From Tubiluchus corallicola (lineage: Eukaryota; Animalia; Priapulida), in contig JAQGDQ010000594.1 in NCBI GenBank assembly GCA_030141605.1, positions 1-64,000 on the forward strand: 64,000 bases of DNA, read 5' to 3'. Below are positions 1 to 10,400 of this stretch, piece by piece. The translations under genes and the position numbers were made by a program. Under the pieces are notes generated by a model. That model was not told the origin of the DNA and did no database searches. It saw nothing but the letters and a program-made list of their open reading frames with translations. Position 1 is the first letter of the stretch. Each line of letters begins with the position of its first letter.

Positions 1-725
1 AAGTAATTAAGTGCAGTTGTTGTGATAGTTAGTGATTAAGTGCGGTTGTGCAGAAAGTAAGTTAATAAGTGTGGTTGCTCTGGTTGTGAGTAATTAAGTG
101 GGTTATGTAAAAAGTAAGTAAATCAGTGCAGTTGTGCAGAATGTAAGTAATTAAGTGCGGTTGTGCAGAAAGTAAGTAAATAAGTGCAGTGTACAGAAAA
201 TAAGTAATAAAGTGCTGTTGTGCAGTAAGTAAGTAATTAAGTGTGGGTGTTGTGATAGTTAGCAAAAAAGTGCAGTTGCACAGAAAATAAGTAATTATGT
301 GCAGTTGCGCAGAAAATAAGTAATAAAGTGCGGCAGTTGTTGTGATTGTCAGCAAAAAAGTGCGGTTGTGCAGAATGTAAGTAATTAAGTGTGGTTGTGC
401 AGAAAATTAGTAATTAAGTGCGGTTGATGTGATAGTTAGCAAAAAAGAGCAGTTGTGCATAAAGTAAGTAATTAAGTGCGGCAGTTGTTGTGATTTTTAG
501 CAAAAAAGTGCAGTTGCGCAGAAAGTAAGTAATTAAGTGCGGCAGTTGTTGTGATTGTCAGCAAAAAAGTGCGGTTGTGCAGAAATTATGTAAAAAAGTG
601 TGGTTGTTCTGATTGTGAGCAAATAAGTGTGAGTAATGTAAGTAGTTTTAGTGCGGTTGAGCAGAATGTAAGTTATTAAGTGCGGTTGTGCAGAATGTAA
701 GTAATTAAGTGTGGTTGTGCAGAAA
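1..725. repeat. Degenerate tandem repeat, ~29-32 bp unit (AAGTAATTAAGTGCGGTTGTGCAGAA-like), truncated by window start
   Basis: Recurring core TAAGTGCGGTTGTGCAGAA with alternating variants; ORF 62..355 is a by-product. Confidence 0.9.
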
Positions 726-751
726 GTTAGTAGTTGGAATGGACAAACTCT

Positions 752-2072
752 TGTTTCGTATCCTACATGTTGAGGAAAGTCAGTAGTTGAGTTAGTTAGC
801 TATTGTTTCATATCCTACATGTTGAGGAAAGTCAGTAGTTGAGTTAGTTAGCTATTGTTTCGTATCCTACATGTTGAGGAAAGTCAGTAGTTGAGTTAGT
901 TAGCTATTGTTTCATATCCTACATGTTGAGTAAAGTCAGTAGTTGAGTTAGTTAGCTATTGTTTCGTATCCTACATGTTGAGAAAAGTCAGTAGTTGAGT
1001 TAGTTAGCTATTGTTTCGTATCCTACATGTTGAGGAAAGTCAGTAGTTGAGTTAGTTAGCTATTGTTTCATATCCTACATGTCGAGGAAAGTCAGTAGTT
1101 GAGTTAGTTAGCTATTGTTTCATATCCTACATGTTGAGTAAAGTCAGTAGTTGAGTTAGTTAGCTATTGTTTCGTATCCTACATGTCGAGGAAAGTCAGT
1201 AGTTGAGTTAGTTAGCTATTGTTTCATATCCTACATGTCGAGGAAAGTCAGTAGTTGAGTTAGTTAGCTATTGTTTCTATCCTACATGTTGGAAAGTCAG
1301 TAGTTGAGTTAGTTAGCTATTGTTTCTATCCTACATGTTGAGAAACATATCCTACATGTGAGAAGTCAGTAGTTGAGTTAGTTAGCTATTGTTTCATATC
1401 CTACATGTTGAGGAAAGTCAGTAGTTGAGTTAGTTAGCTATTGTTTCATATCCTACATGTTGAGGAAAGTCAGTAGTTGAGTTAGTTAGCTATTGTTTCG
1501 TATCCTACATGTTGAGGAAAGTCAGTAGTTGAGTTAGTTAGCTATTGTTTCGTATCCTACATGTTGAGGAAAGTCAGTAGTTGAGTTAGTTAGCTATTGT
1601 TTCGTATCCTACATGTCGAGGAAAGTCAGTAGTTGAGTTAGTTAGCTATTGTTTCGTATCCTACATGTTGAGGAAAGTCAGTAGTTGAGTTAGTTAGCTA
1701 TTGTTTCATATCCTACATGTCGAGGAAAGTCAGTAGTTGAGTTAGTTAGCTATTGTTTCGTATCCTACATGTTGTGGAAAGTCAGTAGTTGAGTTAGTTA
1801 GCTATTGTTTCGTATCCTACATGTCGAGGAAAGTCAGTAGTTGAGTTAGTTAGCTATTGTTTCATATCCTACATGTCAAGGAAAGTCAGTAGTTGAGTTA
1901 GTTAGCTATTGTTTAGTATCCTACATGTTGAGTAAAGTCAGTAGTTGAGTTAGTTAGCTATTGTTTAGTATCCTACATGTCGAGGAAAGTCAGTAGTTGA
2001 GTTAGTTAGCTATTGTTTCATATCCTACATGTTGTGGAAAGTCAGTAGTTGAATTAGTTAGCTATTGTTTCA
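752..2072. repeat. 52-bp tandem repeat, ~25 near-identical copies
   Basis: Unit TATTGTTTCRTATCCTACATGTYGAGGAAAGTCAGTAGTTGAGTTAGTTAGC; copies start at 801, 853 etc. Confidence 0.97.
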
Positions 2073-2129
2073 AATCCGTGGCTCATAAATAAAATGTATT
2101 ATTTTACAAACTTCATTTTGGCATTACAA

Positions 2130-2940
2130 AACGGAACACAAGATTTCAATAATTACACTTCGCTAATGAAAAACAAGAGAAGCTTAATGTCACCCGCTTC
2201 TATGCTTCTAACGATGACTGGAATATAGGCATTGAAACTCTTAGCCAGTTTAACTGCCCCAGAAAAAACAAAAACAAAACATATGATGAACTATGTACAA
2301 TACTAAATAATCAATTTAAGCCAGAAGTTTCAGGGTGCATACAGTGGTTCAAATTCAATTCTGGAAATCGAAAGCCTGATGCAACAGTCAACGAATATGT
2401 TGTAAGATTCATGGAATTGCACAAGACTAGCTTTGGGGACACACTAGAAGTGTGGAAGTTGGAATTGTACATTATAATTAGGTGCTGCCATCTATGAGCT
2501 ACTCCTGTTACATTCTACCAGCTGACTTACCCCCAGTATAATTGTATGGTCCAGTGAATGCATATTCACTGGTTCTCTCCCTATTTTAAAGTAATGGTTT
2601 TTGTGAAGCCTGTGCAAGTCTGCATAGGTCAAGTCCTATACCTATATATACTGACCGTTTTTGCTTTCTAGTCACTCTCACTCTCACTCTCAGTGTTCAG
2701 TGCAGCATGTCATGTGTCTATAGTTTTAATAAACACTTTTCTGTTGTGTGCAGTGCAAATATGAATTATAGATTTTTTATTCTTGTTCATACTTCTGTGC
2801 CTAAACTGAATCGTAACAAAGTGAGTGATCAACAACTTCAAACATGACTTTCACAAGAAGTGTTTCTATGAGAATGTATTGAGTCACATAAATGATAACA
2901 ATATACAGCACAAAATTCTTGCTGAAAGATTTGATACATA
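2130..2940 (+). mobile_element. Decayed Ty3/Gypsy (Mag-like) gag, interrupted by a solo LTR
   Basis: Manual translation with stops and frameshifts: MLLTMTGI*ALKLLASLTAPEK..TYDELCTILNNQFKPE..FKFNSGNRKPDATVNEYV..FGDTLE|VFL*E..INDNNIQHKILAE, matching the Gypsy gag pattern LL.SL.AP..K.YDEL..F.F..R.Q...E...DRLV.GI.D..IQ..LL.E. Confidence 0.75.
2451..2855 (+). mobile_element. Solo LTR (405 bp)
   Basis: TG...CA termini with short inverted repeats TGTGGAAGT/ACTTTCACA; 5-bp TSD AGAAG at 2446-2450 and 2856-2860; internal TATA-like (2643) and AATAAA (2728). Confidence 0.85.
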
Positions 2941-4067
2941 TATACCAGAGAGGTCGAGATAGAAAAGCAAAACAATTGCTTTATTTGTTTTCGAATTGTG
3001 GATTGCTCTGAGCAACTCTCGTTATGAAAGTACAGCCACCAATAGACAGAATGGAAAATTTGAACAGTTCGATCAGGAACAGTTTTTTGGAAAAGAAGCT
3101 TAAGCTTGTGCGTCAATGATAAGGACCATTTCTTTTGCATTTAGCTGCATAAAGTTCAGTTACTTTCAAAATGGCAAGGACAAAATTCTACTCTGAGAGG
3201 AATTTGCCAAAGGACACAGTAGTTGTAAGCACCCGCGAATCTAGAATGGAGTGAACTTATAGCTCACACCACTCAGGGCCCTTGGACCACCATCTAATCA
3301 AGATCCTTGCAAAAGAGTGCCTACACATCCACAACATCTGACAACACCCAGCCGTCCTGACACTACCATATATTGAGCACCTGCTCATCACAGGACTAGG
3401 ACCATGCTGCAGAGAGAACAAGGAACACTTAAGAGAAATTGAAGCTTGGCTAGATGAGAAACAGGAGATGAACTGAAGAGTGGAAAAAGGCCTACAAAAA
3501 AAACAAGAAAGTAGTGAAAAAATACAAGCACCTTAAACAAAGTCTGTCTTCTTCATCATTTTCTTCTCTCTTGTCTGCTTTGCAGCATCTTCTTCTGCAG
3601 CAGAGTTCAAAGGCATTGGCAAAATAATTGTTGATTTGTGTTGTCTGTAACTAAAACTGAAAAAGTTGATTGCCTCATAGTGGCTTATGATTAGGATTAC
3701 GGCTGGAAGAAACTTCGCTTTTGCAACATATAACTCCTGCAGTTTTCAAAGGTGAGAGTGATAAGTTGAAATTTTGACATTGGAAGGCAAGCTTCGACAT
3801 TGGAAGGAGAGCTTAATATAAAAAGTGCCTATCCCAGATGAGAGATTAGTTACACCACTTATGTCAGTATTTAGCTAGAGATGCATTGCATGTTGTAGAA
3901 CATTACAGACACTTGCGAGGTGACCCAGCATCTCTGCTTGCCGTCAAGCTAGAGAAGAATTGTCTCGATGCGTTGGTTCAGACAGCTCAGAGAGAACTAG
4001 AGAGGAAAATTTTGTACTGGGACATCAGTATAATGTGATGTTAAAACCTACAGGAATAATTTTAAGG

Positions 4068-4407
4068 AGTAATTATGAGTTCAGCATGATTTTTCTGGGA
4101 TAATTATAACCCCAACAGGATTTTTCTGGGATAATTATGAGTCCAGTTGAATTTTTCAGAGTAATTACTAATCCAGCAGAATTTCTCTGGGATAATTGGG
4201 AATCCAGCAGGATTTTTTCTGGGGCAATTATAACTCCAGCAGGATTTTTTTCGGATAGTTATGAATCCGGCTAGATTTTTCAGAGTAATCAAGAATTCAG
4301 CTAGATATTTTCAGAGTAATTATGAATCCAGCAGGATTTTTCTGAGGTAATTATGAATCCAGCAGGTTTTTCTGAGGTAATTATGAATCCAGCTGGACAT
4401 TTTCAAA
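4068..4407. repeat. ~30-31 bp minisatellite (~11 copies) overlapping the LACTB stop codon and 3' UTR
   Basis: Unit TAATTATGAATCCAGCAGGATTTTTCTGAGG; the last copy contains the LACTB terminal codons. Confidence 0.9.
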
Positions 4408-7400
4408 AACATTTGCTATTTCTAAAGCAGTTTTATTTAAGCCAACTTTTTCTAAATTTACCAGAATAGCGACGACAATGCCGAGCGGCAACTTACTATT
4501 GTGGTCACAGTTACTAACAAAATGATCTTCGCATCGTCCTGGCAACACTAGTAGAACACTGCTGCCACCAACGGCACCACCCGTATGCGACACATAGCTG
4601 CGCTGTCGGCGGCACTGACCACATTTCTGTTGTTCATCAATCACTCCCCATCCCAGAGCGTACAGCCCGTCTGAATCCCACGAGCAACCCGTATTTTCCA
4701 CTGGTCTCCACATTTCTTGAACCGTCTCCTTACGCAGATATCCCGGAAGACACTTACACGGCTTACTTTTAATGTCGGTCGTACGTTCTTTGGATTCCGT
4801 TATTAAATTTCCAGCCACCGTACCTTTGCAAGAAGTGGAATCAGCATTAACTGAATGTGGACATGAACGAACTTGCCCGCTGTACAACATGGCATTACCA
4901 AACTTGACCAGATCTCCGGCGGTTGACAAGATGCCTCCGCCTGCGTACTTGCAGCTGCAGTCTACGAACGGCGTGTTAATAATCCTCCCCTTCTTATCTT
5001 TCATGTAAAACCTGAAGAAAAATACGAGTAAAAAGTACAGTAGTCACAGTGTGCGTGTGTGCATCCACTAGCCATTTTTAGCTGGATAAATACTTGGTTG
5101 TGTAAGTGATTAAGAGAAGTTAATTATAAGAAATTTGGCGTTCATCATCATCATCATCATCATCTCTGGAGTCTCACGTCCTCTGACATGACCCTCCTGA
5201 TCACTTTACTCCATGCTGCCCTGTCACCCGCAACTTCCTATGTCTCTGTATTCTTGATATCTAATGGTGTGTTGATAAGATCTTTTTGAATGAAATTAAT
5301 GTAAGTCAGCAGCTGTTCTCCTTGCGGTTTCTTTTCTATCTGCAGTGCTTCTTTGAAAGCTAACTTTAATGGGCTGGCAGTCATATAACATGTCTTATCC
5401 ATCTTGACTCTCCATTTCTCTGCCTTGACTCTATTATACAGATTCTCTTTTAATATTTTCTTTGGCCATTTTATTCCAAGAATGCTCCTGTAATTTTTAT
5501 TTTTTGAAATGCACCAATTTCTGACGTGTTGTGCTTTGATTGTTCATAATTCTGAGTTGTAGAGAAACACAGTCTTGGTGTTGGTGGTTTGCGAATGTGC
5601 AGTTAATGACTGTTTTCATTTCTGAGCGAAATTCTCACTTTTATGCTTCAAAGTAATTGGAATAAGCTACCGATTAAAATTACGACTTGCAAAAAACTAA
5701 AGTCTTTCAAAAGGAAACAAAAAACTCATTTTTAAGCAGTATTTTAATGTATAAAAGGTAACTGTTTTGTAGATTTTTTATGACCTATAGACAAGTCTAA
5801 TTATAGTTCTAGTTTTTTAAGTACTTAAATTTAGCTTAGTACTTTTAATTGTGCCTTTGAAAAAATACTGAAGGAGCGTTTTATAAATAAAAAAATTATA
5901 ACACATATATTCAGATATTGATGAAAAAGCAAGAACAATAATCAAAAACAATGTAAGTACTTAGCATATCAATGATGATTACGATGATGATATTGATGAT
6001 GATGATAATTGTCATGACAACAAAAATAATAGCGACGACAATAAATGTGATACTGACAATAATCAGGACCACACCACTTGAAATAGGTCTTATAAGATCT
6101 ATGGCTTTCTGCTGCTGTGTGAGCAAAGACATAACTAAATGATTACAAATTAGGTATTATTCTATTCAGTAGAATCTCGGCTATCCAATCATACCATTTG
6201 TTTAAACATTTATAAGCGATTTAGTTGGATAAAATTGAGAAAAACGTGACCTCTTCAGGCGTCCCAAACTCTGCCTGTTGAGTAGCTTAGTCTGGTGCAC
6301 ACTTGCGTGATTGTACAGGCTAATTTATTGATCATCTGGTTTAGTACAGCCTAAGCTGTACAGAGATTCCAGGAAAAACCGACTGGTCAGCAATGACAAG
6401 TTAAGGTCGTTTCATCTTTTAACAACAATTTCTCCTTAAAAATAGAGGAGACTTGAGGCCAAAGTCTATCAGAGTGTTGTGTCTGGATATTGAAATTTTC
6501 TGCATTAGCCAATTTCACACATGTGGTACGGCAGAGTTTTATGATATAAACACTGTAGTTGCTGAAATTTTTTTAATTTTTCTTTTTTGCCAAAAATCTA
6601 TTTTTAATTTGTCTACGGTAAGTAAATGCTTTCCATATGTATTTTCGCATGAACATCATTTGTGTGACGAGTACAAACCTACAAAATGATCAAATATAAT
6701 GTAATTTTTGTTTAGTGAGAGTAGTTTTTCACGAACCTATGCTAAAGGCAGTGAACTCTTACGGTCCTGAAGGAGTTAAAGTTGATGTTTACAGTTCTCA
6801 TTAGCAGTCAAGTATTCATACAGCAACTCTTACTGACTTGGACTCAGAGGTATTATAATGCAAACTATGCGACTGATGACATAGTGACATATGAACGATG
6901 GAGGAACCACGTGCAGAAGGAGGTAAAAAGGAAAGGAAATTTTGCTACAAAAGCGATACACACCTTGCTCGGTTGTAAATCAGCGGCTCATTTTTGTCCA
7001 GCCAGGTGTTTTCCATTCCGATGTCTTTGAATAACTTCTGCATCCTGGATTCAAATGACTTGCCGCTGGCTCCCTCTATAATGGCCGCCAGCAAAGTGTA
7101 GCCAAATGTCGTGTATAAAAACTTTTTTCCTAAAATTAACATAAACTAGTCATTCTCACTTTAAGACATTTTTTGAAGTCCAAAGCCTACAGAAATACAC
7201 AACGCTATTCACTAAAATATAATAAGCCTTCTCACAGTTCCAGCGATTGATGATTGTCAAAAGGTCAAAATACAGACCTTTTGAGTCCGTTAAGTGTATC
7301 AGACAACGGTTCTAGCAATTGACGATGATCATGAAAAGGCTAAAGGTTAAGTGCACCAGACAACATATTTGTGTACACTTGACAATGCCTCACAGCCCAT

Positions 7401-10400
7401 GCTATTGTAATAGTAACACTTTTAACAGCGAGCTAGAACCATACCTAGTTCATTTTTTCTTGTTCCCAAGCACGATCCTGCTAGTAAATCACTCAGTGCA
7501 CAGACTATTGCATAATTAAGTAAATTCCACATAAAACAATACAAGTAACTGAACTGATGTAGCAGACGGCTTTGCTTTACCCACACATCATGTGACGATT
7601 GTAGTTGAGACGTGTTACTACGGGACAAATAACCTTTGACCTGCAGCAATTGCACGTGCGCACAATGAAACAGAAAAAAGGCTTATTGAGAAAGTGTTTT
7701 TAATGAGCACCAAAAAATACCATAAAATTTTCCAAAAAATGCAATACATTTCAACTTACATAAAGAAAAAAGTAGAATAATTGTTTGCGATTAGTTACCT
7801 AAACATGGCGCATAATTATCAAAATTAGTTAATTCTAATTAATGATCTAACCTGGTTCAGCAGCTACAGGGTCATCTTTAAAGATAGCCAATGCATCAAC
7901 GGCACTCTCATAATGATCGGTTATGTAGAATTCTTTTGACAGCTGATCGTCCTGATTAACTTGTTTCTAAAAAATGAAAACAGTGAAGTTAACATTGTCT
8001 AGAACAATGTGATTTTAGTAGCACCTGCAAGGTGTTATCGTTATACAGGGTGTGCAAAAACTACTTGTATGCTTTTTGTTGCTTTATCAAGTATAATGGA
8101 AGTCCCGCAAACAAAGTAGGTGAGAAAGCCTTTTCACAGTGTCATTGAGCACATGCGCAGTCGGTGTAGCTCAAAGGTGTTAAGTGTTCCACAGTAATGC
8201 ATCTTAACTACAACCGCCACGTGACATGTTGTTAAAGCAAAGCCGTCTGCCTCATCAGTTCAGTTACGTCAGCTGTTTTACGCGAACTTTTCTTAATTAT
8301 GCATTAGTCTGTGCGTAGAGTAATTTACTAGTAGGATCTTGCTTGTGAACAAGAAAAATGAACTAGGTAAGGTTCTAGCTAGCTGTTAAAACTGTTACTA
8401 ATACAATATCATGTTGCACAATAGCAAGGGCTGTGAGGCATTATCAAGTGTGCACAAATGCGTTGTCTTGTACACCTAAGCTTTGATCTTTTCAAGATCA
8501 TCGTCAATCAGCGGAACTGTGAAAAGGCTTATTGTACCAAAATTTCATTCTGATCTAGAAACAATTGAAAAAAGAAAAAACTTATTTTTTTTATTTTTTC
8601 ACTGACCTATACCAAATTAAAATTAAGTCAATTAATTTTACAGGAAATTTCACTAAAATTGGTATTAACTGTTGCCTAGAATGATAGCTCTGTACTAGCA
8701 GAGAGTAAACTTTTTACTGATTGTGCTTCTTGCCCCAGACATGGGTTCGAATCCCACTTCTGACACCATACAAGTTTATGTACCATATATACTCGCAAAT
8801 AAGCCTACATCGCATATAAGCCGACCCCCTAAAACTGCTTTAAAATGGCCAGTTTTTGCAAAAACCCGTATATAAGCCGACCATCAACTTGTCTAATTTT
8901 AATATTAAATATTAAACCCGTATACATTTTTAATATTTTTTATCTAATGAATACAAAAAGCAGACATTTATTGAAATGTGAATTTTTTCTAAAAAAAAAA
9001 GGTGGGTGGACGGCGATCCCCCACGATCCCCCTCCAATACACCACTGGTGACACACAACCAAATAAAGAGTCAGATAGCGATGAAAATGTGTGGCTGGAA
9101 AATTGGCATTAGTGTCTGTCCTTGTGTTCATTTTGTTTCATGCGCATATAAGCCGACCCCCTGATTTCAGTATTGTATTTTATAGTTCTAAATTCGGCTT
9201 ATATGCGAGTATATACGGTAAGTTCCAAACTAATTAAACTGTGTTTTGAACTTAACTGCTTCATTAAGCAGAAATTACACTTCAACTACCAATATAATTA
9301 GAATGATATGCAACATCAGCAAACATCGAAATCATTGTTATTACATAATTCATATCTATGCCCTATTGTCATCCTACAGTACATCGTCAAACATGCAATC
9401 TTCGCCTCTTCACTGCCGCACAATTTGCATTGTCGTTGGCACAGGGGAATATTTTAGGAAAAGGCAAAGTTTTTACTGACGCTTATACTGTTATAAACTA
9501 CAGATTACTGTAACTTTTGAAATCAGTTTTGTTATTACAATAAGTGGTGGCGCTCACGTATGGGTACTGTGGAACTGCAGCACCGCCTATTTTCGTTTGC
9601 GACGCAAGCGATAGCTGTGTTCGGTTGCCGTCAATTAACTTTCCAAGGTAATTATTCAAATATTAGAAACAAATGCTAACTTTTATAGACAATAAAATGT
9701 ATATTTTGGATAGTAAATTAAAATGTGATTAAGTCTAATCAAGCATCCGGTTTTCCTTAATTTGCACAACAAGTATGATGGTACAGTCTCGTCACACCAG
9801 TAAAGCACCACTTTCCTGGCTAGAGATTCTCATCACTCACCACACGGTCAGTGAGGTAGTTCATGAATTTAATGAAACGTAACTTTTTAATTTAAATAGT
9901 ACAACGGATTTCAAAAAGATCTTCATACTGTTGCGAGCTCAGACACCTCCTCCGTCTCCTGCTCTTTCTTGCGTGTTTCATCTTTTGTTGCAGTTTTTTC
10001 CTCTTTGTTCAACTTCTTGTAATGCCTGATGCCACCTAGGTGCGATGCAAGCAACCTTGCTGTGATATCAACCTGTGAAAATGCCAAATGCTCTTCTCCG
10101 TTATGTTGTTAAGAAAGTTTACTTTTAGTGATTTTCTCAGTTGTTTATTGGTACGCAAACCATGAGGACCGGGCTGAAAGACGGATGAAAACTAAATACC
10201 GTATATACTTATGTACAACTAGGTAACGTAAAATTTATTAGTATAGCACACTACATTGTTTAAAATCTCAGGATGGGACGGACAATAAAAATACTTCTGT
10301 TTCCTTCTAATCACCTGGGTAATATTTTTTTCAAATTGCGCACCTAGCCGTACGTTCATATACTTATTTCACTCAGTTATAGAAAAGTGTATTTTTTAAT

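Noticed and set aside
62-355. 97-aa hydrophobic ORF
   Set aside because: Translation of a tandem repeat.
752-2072. CRISPR-like regular repeat (also the 41-, 54- and 55-bp arrays)
   Set aside because: Head-to-tail units with no unique spacers, no cas genes, eukaryotic context.
8680-8765. tRNA gene (GGTTCGAATCCC B box); similar box at ~38690
   Set aside because: No cloverleaf or acceptor stem; at most decayed SINE heads.
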